A DNA stretch of 63,742 nt, the filler included, from Folioceros fuciformis (taxonomy: Eukaryota): NCBI GenBank assembly GCA_049999805.1. It is 10 parts of 10 records of this genome, joined end to end, with 100 filler letters (N's around TTAATTAATTAA, not from the genome) between each part and the next. Parts side by side here need not be neighbours in the genome. Positions count along the whole stretch, not along the records: positions 9,077 to 12,315 come from JBNGIO010001123.1; positions 12,416 to 15,563 come from JBNGIO010001124.1; positions 15,664 to 17,232 come from JBNGIO010001125.1; positions 17,333 to 23,088 come from JBNGIO010001126.1; positions 23,189 to 38,335 come from JBNGIO010001127.1; 5 more parts are not named here. One strand, written 5' to 3'. The notes beneath the pieces were generated by a model. The model did not search any database, was not told where the DNA came from, and worked only from the letters and a program-made list of their open reading frames with translations. Both the position numbers and the translations under genes were made by a program. This document shows, in pieces, positions 11,448-24,678 of this stretch. Positions within the stretch are counted from its first letter, which is position 1. Every line of letters starts with the position of its first letter.

Positions 11448-12415
11448 GTTGCTGAGTCGCGTGAGACCAGCCCGCCGCACTTCCACCCCACCGTCACCAC
11501 GCTGCCGCTCGGCAGACGTAGAGCGGCGCCGATCTCCAGCAATCACAAGAAGGCTTCAGCTTGCCCTTCCGCATCCACTTCCGCCTCGGATTCCGCTCCA
11601 CAACCTCGGAAAACGGAGGAGGAGAAAAGCGTTCGGAACATAACAATCGATCCTGCAGCCGCGCAGAGCGCATTACATAAGCCACGGAAGAGGTGTATCG
11701 GGATCGAGGGGCAACAGGCGAGGCACCGCTGGGATAAAAGCCACCAGCCTTCCGAAATGCGAAGGGGCAGCACCCGCTCTATGGGGGAGCGCCAGAGGCA
11801 GGAGGGGAGCGTGGAAGAGAGAGGGCAGTGACTACCAGGATAGCAAGAGCAGAGCGGGAGAGAACATACAAACACAGGCTACAAGACCCAGCCTGAAGAC
11901 AGCATATCCCCGGAAAACATATATAGTGCGGCTGGACTCCTTCCCGGCAAGCCACCTACACGAAATAGAAGTGGCTTTGGAGGCTCATCTTCCCCGCAAG
12001 ATCGCAGACCCCATCGCCTTTTGCCCATGCGTTGCATACCGTGTGCTTTCTGACTCTGGCCCACCGCGTATCCTTGACCACCTTATTGGGACGGCCTCCC
12101 TCAACTTGAGTCTTCACAATCGTAAGCGCAAGTAGAAACCGATATGTCTGTGGCTCTGACTGCTATACTGAATTCGTCTCCCGGTTGTTTCCAAAATTGG
12201 CACATGGAAGGTAGCCTCGCAGGTTCTCGGTGGGTGCAGCTCGTTGGCGTCGGGGCTTGGGCCAGATACTTAGCGTAAGTCCTTTCTATCCCTTCCTCTT
12301 GAATACGTGAAGCCCNNNNNNNNNNNNNNNNNNNNNNNNNNNNNNNNNNNNNNNNNNNNTTAATTAATTAANNNNNNNNNNNNNNNNNNNNNNNNNNNNN
12401 NNNNNNNNNNNNNNN

Positions 12416-15400
12416 GCTGAGAAGGACAGGAGAGGCAAAGGATCCTATAGGATGGAGAGAGGCGAACCGTCCTCAACTGGTGGAGGACTGACCAATCAGG
12501 TTGAAGCATTGACGAGGAGGCTGGCCGAGCTGGAGGTGAAGGCTGTACGCAACCAAGCATCAAGGAGGTCACCTTCACCGGGTCGGCAGCTGGTGTACTG
12601 TTCTATTTGTCACCAATCAGGACACACCCACCAAGAGTGCACTAGGGCTCCCCGCCACATCGTCAACCAAGTGGACGCCTACGTACCAGGAGATTATTGG
12701 TACGTGGATGACTCCTATCAGGTACAGGCTGTGACTGCTCCTCGACCACCACAGTCCATTCGGCCATCTTTCCAACCACCAGGACCTCCTGGAATGAGGT
12801 ATGGTCCTCGTCCAGTATCTCCAGGCCATTGGAGGCTAGATCCGTCCCAGCGTCCACAAGTGGTGGCAGCAGGTTGTTGTTTTAATTGTGGCTTGCCGGG
12901 ACACTATGCTAAGTAGTGCACAGAGCCACATCGGCAACTTGGATTTGTGCCGTTTTGTCAGGTGTGTAAGGATCCAGGGCACACGGCTGGGGACCCAAGG
13001 TGTTTGCGCATCCCTAGGCCTACGCTGCCTAGATCCGGAGTGAGGATCACGGAGGCACCGCAAGAGGGACTTCCTCCTGCGGTGGAGACAATAGCTTCAG
13101 TGACAATCGCGCTTGTGTTGTCGGTGGAGGCTGAGGAGGAGCCTTTGATTGACTCTCAAGCATTTTCTGGCATTGTGGAGGAGGGATATTCAGGCGAAGC
13201 TAGCGATGGTGAAGAAGTCATGGTGGCAAGGGTCACCACTCGTTCTGAACGTTGTTATCGGGAGAGGACGAAGAAGGAAGAGAAGAGAAGGAGGAGAGAA
13301 CGTGACAACACTCCTAAACCATCGGAGGCAAGGGAGGAACCACTCGTCCAGCAAGGGAAGAATGATGTGTCGACTGGACAAGAGGTTGATCCACCTCATC
13401 GAGAGGAAGGTGAACTAGATGAAGGAGAGGTTGAAGAATCAGCATTCCCACCTGACATCAGCAAGGAGGTTGCTGCAATGCTGGAGGAAGAGTTGACTAG
13501 GCTGATGCACCGGTCTAAGAAGGTCACGTTTGCAGACCCTCTTGTGACAGGGGTGGTGGAGAGTGCAAGTCCCTTGGAGAAGGAACAAGAAGGAGAGAAG
13601 GTTGATCGAAGCGAGGAGGATGGAGGGATCAATCCTCCTAAGACAACAACAGCAAGGGAGGCTTTGGCCATGAAGGTTGCTGGATTTGCTGACGCCTTGC
13701 TTGACCAGGAGTTTGTGGTGAGCTTGAGACAGCTCTTGTCTATTAGTCCCAAGGCCAGGAAGATCGTCAAGGAAGCCATCCGAGGGATACCGGAGCCACT
13801 CGAAGGGAAGATAGTCCCGACGTGGATGAGTTCAGTGGAGTTGGCTGATTGTGGAGCTCCTGAAATAGAGGTGGAGATTGCAGGTTGTCTGGTACCGGAT
13901 GTACCGTTGGATACGGGGTCTGGTGTCAATCTCATGACGGAGGATACAACCCATCGTTTGGGGTTCATGGAGTTCGACCCTATCCGCGTGTACCGTCGGA
14001 TGGCAGATCAGACCAAGAGGAAGCCGCTAGGAGTGTTGAAGGATGTGCCCACAGTGATAGGAGGGATCATGTTCAAGCTGACCTACATTGTCATGAGGCC
14101 AGTGTCTGACCTAGGGTACAAGGTGCTCCTTGGGAGACCATGGTTGTATGGGACAGCTTGTGTGTTTGATTTTGGCAGGAAAGGTGTGACCTTTAGGTCT
14201 AAACCTACAGGACCTGCTGAAGTTTCGTTTGTCTCGTGGAGCAAAGCTCCCTATGGGAGAGAAACAGCAGGACCATCCCCCGGGTACACATCCGGTAGTG
14301 CTGGAGGTAGCACTTCCAGTAGTACAGGAGCCTACAAGGGAGTAGGGCATACTGTCAGGATGGTGGATTTGGGTCAAGAGGTGACTTGTTTCCATACTGA
14401 AGTGGTGGAGAATGAAGATCCACAGGAGGATGAAGAGCAAAGGGAAGGAGCTGCCTTTTGGAAGGGGAAAGCCTATGACTATGATTTCCCAGAAGAAGGG
14501 TCAGGAACAAGTATAGGGAGTAGTCTCGAAGGACTTTACGTGGATCCAGATGCTGTCGAGGACATGGAGTTGACCCCAGGGAAGAAGGTCAAGGTGTCCA
14601 AGTACCTCACACCCAAGGAGAAGGTAGGTTTGAAGGCACTGTTGACTAAATATTTGGATGTGTTTGCCTTCAAAGTGACGGACATGACAGGTGTTCCGAA
14701 GGAGCTAGGTGTTCATAGGATAGATCTCAAGGAGGGAAGCACACCGGTTCGGGTGAAGCAATACCGATTGAACCCAAAGTACTCCATGGTTGTGAAGGAG
14801 GAGTTGGATCAGTACTTGGAGGCTGGAGTCATCTATCCTGTCCTAACTAGTGAGTGGGTAGCTCCAATTGTGGTGGTGCCTAAGAAGCAAGCTGGCGAGG
14901 TGAGGGTTTGCCAGGACTTCAGGAAGCTCAATGAGGCGACCAAGAAAGACCATCATCCACTCCCTTTCATGGACAGTGTGCTAGACACAGTTGCTGGACA
15001 TGATATGTACAGTTTCCTAGATGGGTATTCAGGTTACAATCAGATCACACTACGGGAGGAGGATTGCGACAAGACGACTTTCACAACTGATTGGGGGACC
15101 TACACCTACACCAAGTTGCCTTTTGGGCTCTGCAATGCTCTGGCAACTTTTCAGCGGGTGGTGAATACCATTTTCAAGGAGTTCCTTCGGAAGTTCATGG
15201 AGGTGTTCTTGGATGACTTTTGTGTCTTTGGAAGGAGGTACCTACACTTGGAACAGCTGAGGAAGTGCTTGCAGAGGTGTAGGGAGACTAACCTCAAGTT
15301 GCATCCGGGGAAGTGTTTCTTTTGCATGACGGAGGGTATCTTGCTAGCCCATAGAGTTTCAGCCGGGGGTTGCAAGTCGTCATGGTAAAGGTGAAGATCA

Positions 15401-15563
15401 TCTCGGAGATGGATGCACCTCAGAGCGTGAGACAGGTTAGAGCCTTCATTGGGTTGGTGGGTTACTACAGGAGATTCATCAAGGACTTCGCTAAGAAGGC
15501 TGCACCTTTGACCCAGCTAACGAAGAAGGATGTGCTGTATGAGTGGACCCCGGAGAGGGAGGA
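12416..15563 (+). mobile_element. Ty3/Gypsy LTR retrotransposon internal fragment (gag CCHC knuckles, aspartic protease, RT, start of RNase H linker), degenerate
   Basis: Knuckles CSICHQSGHTHQEC, CFNCGLPGHYAK*C and CQVCKDPGHTAGDPRC; protease LDTGSGVN; RT motifs CQDFRKLN, FLDGYSGYNQI, LPFGLCNA and VFLDDF; FIGLVGYYRRFIKDF follows a frameshift near 15370. In-frame TAG at 12914. Confidence 0.95.
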
Positions 15564-15759
15564 NNNNNNNNNNNNNNNNNNNNNNNNNNNNNNNNNNNNN
15601 NNNNNNNTTAATTAATTAANNNNNNNNNNNNNNNNNNNNNNNNNNNNNNNNNNNNNNNNNNNNAGACACGTTCAGGAGATTAGTAAACTCAGGGCGGCCC
15701 TGTCTAACCTGAGTGTAGCTTCCACCTAGTTTTGTAGAGTTCAGGCATCATAGGAACGC

Positions 15760-17232
15760 CTTCAGACTCTGTTTCTGACAGGCTGCAAGATAAAGATAGA
15801 CTCACCCCGACCAACTATGATGCCTGGTCCTTTAGGGTGAGGTGTATATTAGAAGAAAAGCTGTTAATGGATGTTACAGATAGGTCAATACCTCAGAGAA
15901 TTGCTGGAGAGGATTCTGGCCAACTCACGGTGACCCAGGTGGTGTAAATAAAAAGCTGTGGTCCATGAAAGAACAATTGGAGTGGGACCACAAGGATCGA
16001 AAGGCTCGAACAATTCTTGTGGGATCTGTATCACAAGAGATGATCCCACATATCATATCAACAAGGCACGCACATGAAGTTTGGTCCCTGTTGTCAGATA
16101 CCTATGAAGCAAAAGATGTAATCAATGAGGCTGCTGCTACTCGCCACTTTAACAATCTGAGGATGAAAGAAACCGATTCAGTTGAGAGTCATGTGGCCAG
16201 GTGGCGAGCTGCTCGTGCTAAGTTAGCCTCATGTGGGGTGATCTTCTCAGAAGGTAGAGCAGCTGTGTTGTTTCTCATGAGTCTCCCTCCTAGTTATGAG
16301 CAGTGGAGCTCCAGCATTCAAGCTACGGCTACAGTAACTCCAGCTACTGCCACACACCTGCAATCACTAATCTCACGGTACAAAAATTAGTTGGTGCTCT
16401 TCTACAAGCTGAAGCAAATAGGAAGCACATGAGAGGTGGATCCAGTTCTGGAAATTCTCACAAACAGAGTGACACTGCACTCTTCTCCGGTAGAGGGAGA
16501 GGTCGTGGCAGGGGTCGAGGACGCGGAAGAGAAGGACGTGGTCGAGGTGGTCAGTCTTTCCATCAGCAGCCATCCAATTCTGGGAATGCTGCATCCGGTT
16601 CTCAAGGTGGGAAGAAACCTGGACGGTGCAATTATTGTGACATTCCATGTCATTGGATCAAGGACTGCAGGAAAAGAAAAGCGGATGAAGCAGCTAAGGG
16701 AAAACATACTGAAGGGAATGCAGCCAGAGCCTCCACACTGGGGCTACTGGTCACTTGCCTTAATTCAGTATCTCGTGCAGCACCTCATCAGTGGTTTCTG
16801 GACAGCGGAGCTTCCAACCATATGTGTGCTCAGAAGCAGCACTTTGTGACATATCAACTTGTACCTATATGTCATAAATCGTCAGTGTCTCTAGGAGACA
16901 ACTCTGAAATTCCTATTAAAGGATTTGGAACAGTAGAGGTGTACTTGAAGTGTGGAGGATCTTTACTTTTGGAGCAGGCATTACATGTGCCACAGCTGGC
17001 TAAAAACTTGGTTAGCACCATGGCACTTGGTAAGACAGGCTTGTATAGAATTACGTTTGAAGGAGTTGAGTGTGTGATCTCATGTCTTTCGGACTCAGCA
17101 GTGCTTGCACGAGGCAAGCCCCTTTATGACCTGTATCTCCTGGATTTTGTTCCTGACAAGTACCCTGCCAAATTACATGTAGCGGATGCCAAGTCAACGG
17201 TTAGTGATGCCTTTAAGTGGCATTGCAGACTT
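15760..17232 (+). mobile_element. Ty1/Copia LTR retrotransposon fragment (gag, CCHC, protease, start of GAG-pre-integrase)
   Basis: NYDAWSFRV; WDHKDRKAR..LVGSV..AHEVW..L...YE; LMSLPPSYE; RG-rich tract; CNYCDIPCHWIKDC; WFLDSGASNHM; LHVPQLAKNLVS; WHCRL. Frameshift near 16380. Confidence 0.93.
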
Positions 17233-18084
17233 NNNNNNNNNNNNNNNNNNNNNNNNNNNNNNNNNNNNNNNNNNNNTTAATTAATTAANNNNNNNNNNNN
17301 NNNNNNNNNNNNNNNNNNNNNNNNNNNNNNNNGCGTTGATGGGACCAGGACCACGCCCGGGGGCCGCGGATTGGCAGTCCAACCTGTTCCCCTACCTCCG
17401 ACATTGAAGCTGCTCCCTGCCGGAGCGAGCTTCTGCGCCATCGCCTCGACGCGTGTCAAAAGCGAGACACCTTCCATCAGTGTGCAGAATCATCCCACTT
17501 GGTCACACAATCTAACTCCCCCGCCTCCTCTGATGCGTGCCGGCGCAATCGCTTGCGACTGCATTTCACCTGCTGTTGCCGTGAGAAACTCGGTCTCGGA
17601 ATTGCCGTCCCCGTATGGCTGCTGCGGCGGGAGGCGGAGGGAGGAGGGGCCGGAGCAGGAGCGTTAGGAGCCGGAGTCGGAGCGGGAGCAGGTGCTGGAG
17701 CGCGGCTGAAAAGATCGGAGTCGTGAGCTGGGAATCCTGATGCAGGCAGGCCAGGGTGCGTGGATAGAGTCACAGGGTGCTGGCCTGATTGATGCATTCC
17801 TAGCCTGGTTGCGGTGAGAGCGTTTTTGGGAAAAATTTCTTGGAAAGACGATGCTGGCAGGCGCGAGAGTGGCGCGCTGCTGCCCCTTGCGCTATCTCTG
17901 TGTGTCCAAGGGATGCCGCGGATCCAGCCTCGTGTTCATCCAAGGTCAGCCGCCCGATGCCCGCGCAGATCGCTAGCTGAGGGGGGCTATCGCATGGTGC
18001 ATTGTGTCTTTGAGAGCGCAATCTGGAGCGTGGCGTAGGGCGTCTCTGTAACTTTTGCGAGGTGGGGTGCGAGAGGACAGGTCC

Positions 18085-21000
18085 ATGGAAGGGCCGCCTG
18101 AGGATGCGAAACCGAGTAGGCAGCAGAGGAGCGGGGGGGATGCTTCCCCCACGCAGCAGCGGCTCAGGGTTAAGCAAGAAATGTGTGAGTTTATTTTGAA
18201 GCAACTAGCGGATGACGGCAACGACGTGGTCGACAAGCCAGGATTTGCTGAAGAACTACTTGCTCATTTTACTCGTCTTCCCACTAGGTGCGTTGCAGAA
18301 GCAGAATGTCCGGGGGCGTTCCCGTGTAGGTGAATTTGCCTGCGACTGGATTTCTACGCGATGCTCGGAGTTGTGAATTAGGGCAGGGCCATGACCGAGG
18401 TGATCCTGGAGAGGCTTTAGGGTTGTGAAGGTAGATGGGATTGGATTGTAACGACTGCACATGCCTGAATCGGGAACGCAGGTATGCCCTCGATGTCAAC
18501 GTTGAGAGAGCGGAAGACGTTTTGACTCACAAACGACTTTTACGACTCGCCGAAATTCCTGATAATCGGCCTGCATTCCACGTCCGCCCTGTGCATGTGA
18601 GTGTGTTCTGAAGTCTTGTCTTTTGCTTGCGTTTCTCCTGCCCTACTTGTGTTGCTCTAGTTGGAAGAGCGCTTTGGGGCTGTTACCCGGCGTACTGTGG
18701 TAGCCCGCTTGTGCATTCCTCGTGCTTTCATTTAATGTTGTCATCCTTGTCTTCGCTTGACCTCGGTCAGGTGTTTCCTGTCAAGTTCGATGTAGAAGAA
18801 GAATCCCCTGTTGGCACTCCTGTTAAAGAAGATACTCCTGGTCCTTTGGTTCGAAGCTCTTCAAAACTGCAGTAATTGATGATGCCTCCCTGTCAAAACA
18901 TTTTGATTCCAAGCTTTATGATGTAGAGGCAAGCATGTTTGTTATTGATATATCTAGTGGTCAGAGTAGCTTATAATATCGGTCCTGGGCCACAGGGTTT
19001 ATCCCCCACCAGCATTTGGATCCACTCCAAATCTTGAAGCTCTAGCCTCCTTAGATATCCAAATACCAGAGGAAGCTGGTGGTGGAGATCATTCGCCACA
19101 AAGGTACTCAGCTGCCTTTGAGCTAAGAAGGGGGCGAATAAGCCAGATGCCAGTGATGGTATAAAGCCATTTGGGAAACTGTACTAACTTCCGTACATCT
19201 GTTGTTTCTGCGTAGTCCTCATCCGCCTCACATGCCCATGCATGAAGTGACTTTCTCAACTGTTGACAAACCAAAGCTTCTTAGTCAGGTACTATACATG
19301 CTCTGTGAACAGGGAGAGCTGTGACAGGGAGCGTGTGGATCATAAGATTTTGTGCTCAGGTGAACAATTTTCTGGTGCAGTTGTCTGCCTTGCTTGCAGA
19401 TGTGGGGCTGAACATCCGTGAAGCACATGTGTTTTCCACCACTGATGGATATTCTCTTGACGTCTTTGTGGTGGATGGCTGGCCAACAGAGGTTTACCTC
19501 TGCCCCTCCCCACTGTTGCGTCTGCCAGTTCATGATGGTGTACATTCCTGAACTACACTCCTGCCTGTCAAAGGCGGCACGAGTTGGGTTCCTACTATCT
19601 CCTCCTCCGTGACATATGTAGTGTATGCAGGACACTCACGATTTGGAGCACTCACTGCGCACTGCATTGAACCGCATGGAGGTAGCTTTCAGTCCATCCA
19701 CATCTTACAGGGGCCTATTGTTGGGGTCCTCGTCTCTCCGATGGGGATGGATGGTGGGGCGTTGTCAAATGGAAACAACATATGAACACTTAAGGCTTCG
19801 TGTATGTCGGATGCAGGAAGGTTGTTGGTCGAAATGTACTCCTGCGAGTCCTCTTGTTGAATTACCTGTGATACTGCAAACTCCAGTGGCAAAAGCTGAG
19901 CAAAAGGAGACTACAGACGACTGGGAGATTGATAGCAGTCAGCTGACCCTCAATCAGAAAATCGCTGCAGGTTCCTTTGGAGACTTGTGAGTATGCTAGC
20001 CAGGCAGAAGGGTCTTTGAGGTGAATATTTTAAGACACTCAATGGGCAGCTGTTTTGGTCCAGGTATCGTGGTACATATTGTGGCCAAGATGTGGCCATC
20101 AAGATCCTTAAGGCTGAACGACTGAATGACAACCTGCAGCGTGAATTCAAGCAAGAGATCTCAATCATGCGGTATGGCCCTGGTCCTTCCGTTGTTGTTT
20201 GGTAGGACATGATATAGGTGTGAGGTGACCTATCTTACTGTATGCCAGCTGCTAGAATGGCAATATACGTGTATGAAACTTACAGGTATGGCGAATAATG
20301 TAAGCTTTTGACTGAAGAGAGGCACTGAAGAACAAGAAGAGAGTATGCTGTCAGGGCTTAAACAGTATTCCACATTTGTTCTCTTCAGGAAAGTCCGCCA
20401 TAAGAACCTTGTTCAGTTCATTGGTGCATGTACGAAGCCACCTAATCTATCTATTGTAACAGGTAATTGTTGCCTTCATGTGAATCTGGTGACAGTTCAG
20501 TGTGAGGCGGCTGTCCTGGGGCTCTAAGATTTCTGTCCTTCTGTGGGCAGAATACATGGCTGGGGGGAGTGTATACGACTATTTGCACAAGCACAGGGGT
20601 GCAATGAAGCTATCAATGGTGATCCGGGTGGCAATAGATGTGTCAAAGGGCATGGACTACCTGCACCAGAACAACATCGTACATCGGGATCTGAAAACTG
20701 CAAACCTGTTGATGGACGAAAATGACGTGAGGCGTTTATATTTTTGGCGGGGGTTACCGTTTTGTCAATTATACGATGCGAAGTTGAACAGCTGGTGAAT
20801 GTGTAGGTTGTGAAGGTTGCCGATTTCGGTGTAGCTCGTGTGCAAGCTTCAAGTGGTATCATGACTGCGGAGACTGGGACTTACAGATGGATGGCTCCAG
20901 AGGTGTTTTGACAGCACTGCTGTGTTTACGTTTCTCAGATCATGAGTAGCTGTGGCAGGATGTGTATTGGGTGAAGTCCGTCCAGTGACGGAGGAGATGT

Positions 21001-21716
21001 GGTCACGTATGGTGCAGGTGATTGAGCATAAGACATACGATCGGCGAGTAGATGTCTTCAGTTTCGGGATCGTGCTATGGGAGCTCCTGACGGGCAAGGT
21101 TGTTGCTTTCGTCCTTGCAGTCAGGTTTCGTGCGATTTCGGTGCAGTTCCCACGGTTTGAGTCAGTTGAGTCCGTTGCAGTGAATTCACCAACAGATTTT
21201 GATGTGATGTGCAGTTACCGTATGCGGATCTGACCCCCTTACAAGCCGCCGTGGGAGTCGTCCAGAAGGTCTGTAGTTGTCACAATGATAAGTTATGTCC
21301 GTATCCAGGGTCGGCTGTAGAGCCAATGCGATACTGTGGTGCCGGCAAGAGATTCTGAAGCTCTTGGTTGTGGCAGGGTCTTCGGCCTACAATACCGAAG
21401 GGCACGCATCCGAAGCTGGCGGGTTTGTTGGACCGAAGCTGGAGAACCGATCCTACGGAGAGACCCGATTTTTCGGAGATAACCACTGTTCTTGTGGATC
21501 TCGCTAAGGAGGTACCGAACCTGTTCCCGGATGTCTGTGCCTTACATTGCCAATGGTTGGTTACTCGACTGAAGGTGAAGAGGAGGGTAACTGATACATT
21601 ATTCTGGCTGGTTGTGGTGACGGGACGCGCGCATGCAGCTGGGTGACGAGGGACAAAAAGATAAGAAAGTAGGAGGATTCTTGTCCGCTCTGAAACGTAG
21701 TGCTGGCTCCCGATGA
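18085..21716 (+). CDS. ACT-domain Raf-like Ser/Thr/Tyr kinase (STY8/STY17/STY46 family), multi-exon
   Basis: Exons encode [36 protein letters not shown], the ACT domain ([51 protein letters not shown]), [56 protein letters not shown] and [15 protein letters not shown]. Last exon ends [14 protein letters not shown] at 21716. Confidence 0.95.
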
Positions 21717-22944
21717 GGTCTGGGCGACACGGAGGAGTGGTAGCGGTGTAGTACAGCTGGAAAAGCACCGGATGGTCTGACTGACTGTTACTTTCTGTTG
21801 CAAAAAGTAGGGTACTGTAGTCGCAGGCAGGTAGGATAGGTAATGCGTAGGAAGTTGCGTTTATTTTTTTCTAGTCTCTCCGGGGCCTTGGAGTCCGGCC
21901 TGTCCTCCTCTTGTCTCCTTGTTTCATTCTTTTCATTGATCAGTGTTTAGCACCAAATTCCCGAGTATGATTGAAGCAAGTCTCATTGGCCATGTTGTAG
22001 CAGGAAAATCACGGTTGGGGGGCTGCTCGTGTTAGGCGTAAGTGCGCAGAAGCATGCATGTACGGGGTGGGAGGTTAGGATAAGGGCAAGCGTTGTCGGT
22101 ACTCGCCAAGTGTATTGGCATCGTGCACGATGGCCCGGTCCAGCAGGGGCTCTCAGGTTATTATGTAGTATCGTCCAGGATATGCCCCGCACCCCGATAC
22201 AGCACGAAAAGCTGAAGGGAAGAGCAGAGAGCCCTTCTCTGGAAGGTGGAAGGTGGGCATTTGAGCATGTGCCGGCGGATTACGCGGGTAGATACACCGG
22301 ACACTGTAGACGCTGGCATGCGCGGAAGCAGAAGCAAGAGCTTGGGAGCGAGAGCCACGGCTGCTGCTGCGTGCCTGCCGTTTCCCCCAGTCGCACTATG
22401 CCACATTCCATGTCTGGTATGTGGCACGCTTTTAGCAGCACTGGCGAGGCAGCATGTGATAGAGAGTATGCGACATGGTAGACACAGGGCAGGGAGCAAG
22501 GAGCAGGAGCAGAAGCAGAGAGCAGAGCACGGAAGCTGGCCGGCTGCTCAGCGTCCGTCTGCTCCGCGTTCGTCTGCCGGCCACGTAGCCCAGACTACTG
22601 GCCGTGGTGAATTGGTTGCTACGCTGGGTGGTAGCCGCTATCACAGCTCACTGCAGGTGTGGGTGGTGGATGCATGTGCGTGCGCCCTCCCGCGCGCGCA
22701 CTGCTTAGCTGTCCGGTTGTGTCTGCGTTTGGGCAACGCCAATCCCAGGCCCCTCCTTTGTGTGAGCGAGGCTAACAGCCTGCTGCTGGCCCCGTCAAAG
22801 CGAATCATTTGACCGGGACCGGGATAGGGATCGGGATCGAAACAGGGACCGGAAGGCCGAAGCCCACTCGCCAAGGGCCTCGAGGGAGCGAGGGAAAGAG
22901 GGGGGAGGCAGAGAGACAGGGAGGCAGGCCCTCTCGGCGCCTCT

Positions 22945-22968
22945 GGGCCCGGGCCCGGGCCCGGGCCC
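22945..22968. repeat. (GGGCCC)4 perfect palindromic microsatellite
   Basis: gggcccgggcccgggcccgggccc seen directly, within a GC- and purine-rich region (22810-22970). Confidence 0.9.
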
Positions 22969-23719
22969 GAGAATAAGTAAAGAGAGAAGAAGCTCCAAAA
23001 TCTTGTTTTCTGATATTATTAGCTTACGTTAGGGGGCGAAGCTGGAACTCCCGCGGCGCTTGCGTGGTGGTGTTGGATCTTGTTGTCTNNNNNNNNNNNN
23101 NNNNNNNNNNNNNNNNNNNNNNNNNNNNNNNNTTAATTAATTAANNNNNNNNNNNNNNNNNNNNNNNNNNNNNNNNNNNNNNNNNNNNCCCACTGACGCT
23201 CTGGACGAGGCAGAGAGACGACAAGCACAGGCCCCGAACACGAATGAGTAGGCTTCCAATCGGCAGCAGCCAGGTCTGCAGGAGTCCAACACGCCAGAAG
23301 CATAGCTATGGCATACGCAGATGCAGTAGCTGCCGCCTCTACAACTGCCGTCTCAACAGCTTTAGGGGAATTGTCATCAGATTCCAAGGACCTGAAAGCA
23401 AATCGAGTGGCGCAGATGCTGGAGACGCATAATCCAATGGCGATTGCAGCCACAACAGCTCCGCTCGTCTGTCAAGGCCCTGGTAAGCTGCTGTGTCACG
23501 GAAGGCTTAGGGATGGGAAGACAAGTGTGCAATAAGTTAGTGAGGATGACGTGCTAAGCCTTCACAGCGTCGTGAGCGCAAACATTGTCTTCGCTGCAGA
23601 TTTGCAGGCTACATCTTCCCAGCAACACTCCCCATGCACAGATCCATGCCTAGCGCACTTACAAGAAGAGTGAGATCCGAATTCGAGCTGCAACTCCCCC
23701 TTTTTGAAACCGAGTTTGG

Positions 23720-24100
23720 TACAGATCTGAGCTCCTAAGGCAACTCCCCTTCCGACCTCGTATGTAGCTCAGTAAAGTGGATGAGGTTGGTTACAGTGCG
23801 TAGGTGCGGGCGAAAATGGTGCGTCCTACAAAATTGTTTTCGTTCAAGGTTAGGTTCTCTAAGTTGGCAAGGTTCCCCCATGCAAGCCCCTGATTGTAGC
23901 CAGAGAAGTTCGAACTGAGAAGCAACACCTCGCCACTTGTGCGGCATTGTCGGGAACGGTGCGCCCTTGTAAACTGTTTTCTGTGAGGTTCAAACGGTGA
24001 GTAATGGCATGGAGAAGAGGAAGGCGTGACCGCACTCTTCGAGCTCAAATTTGGGAGGGTCAGGTAGACCACTGGATATGTTTGCGCAACCAACACCATC
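23720..24100 (-). pseudogene. Degraded plant-type leucine-rich-repeat (LRR-RLK/RLP ectodomain) relic
   Basis: LRR-like pieces in shifting frames: VVYLTLPNL, RLNLTENSLQGRTVP, SNFSG..WGNLANLENLTLNENNFVG and EGELP*EL. Confidence 0.55.
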
Positions 24101-24452
24101 CCGGGAGGATAATATCGTGCGCACTGTGGCATTGCGTGTCTGCGAAAGAGTGGAAGTCGATCGAGACTCACAAAGCTGTGCGAGTAAAGAGAAAGTGGAC
24201 CAAACTCCTGGTATCTACATCTGCTTGGAGTGCTGAGTATGATTTTCCGCTGCACAGGTTGAAAGGTTGAAAGTCTTGGAGCACCGATGAAAGTCTTGGT
24301 CACGGCTCTCCAGTTTCAGCTGTGAAGCTCCTCATCGCCGCGTCAGTACTCAATTCAAAACAAGCTGCATCCCGACACACAAACTAGTTTCATGTCAATG
24401 ATTTGTGCTCTTCTTTCCATGGCCATACGTGAGACATGTCAAATTGCAGCGG

Positions 24453-24532
24453 AACCAACTTGTAAGCACAGCGCACAATCCCGGCATTGCATCGAAACCA
24501 ACTCGTAAGCACAGCGCGCAATACCGGCACTG
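24453..24532. repeat. Two-copy direct repeat of about 43 bp
   Basis: AACCAACT(T/C)GTAAGCACAGCGC(A/G)CAAT(C/A)CCGGCA(T/C)TG twice. Confidence 0.8.
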
Positions 24533-24678
24533 AGACTGTTCCTTGAACTCAACTCACGTCCTCTTTTACACGTGTTTACACTATTCAAGCTTGGTCAGAT
24601 TTAAGCCATGATAGGTCATCTCACAGCACAGACGGAAGGGACGCGACTCACCGGTGTGCCGCATATCGACGGGACGGT

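Noticed and set aside
11880..12200. Auxin-response elements in the SAUR promoter
   Set aside because: Only a TATA-like tract (about 11919-11925) and partial TGTC cores; no canonical TGTCTC arrangement that I can support.
12416..17232. Gypsy-Copia chimera or nested element
   Set aside because: The two fragments are separate contigs joined by a spacer.
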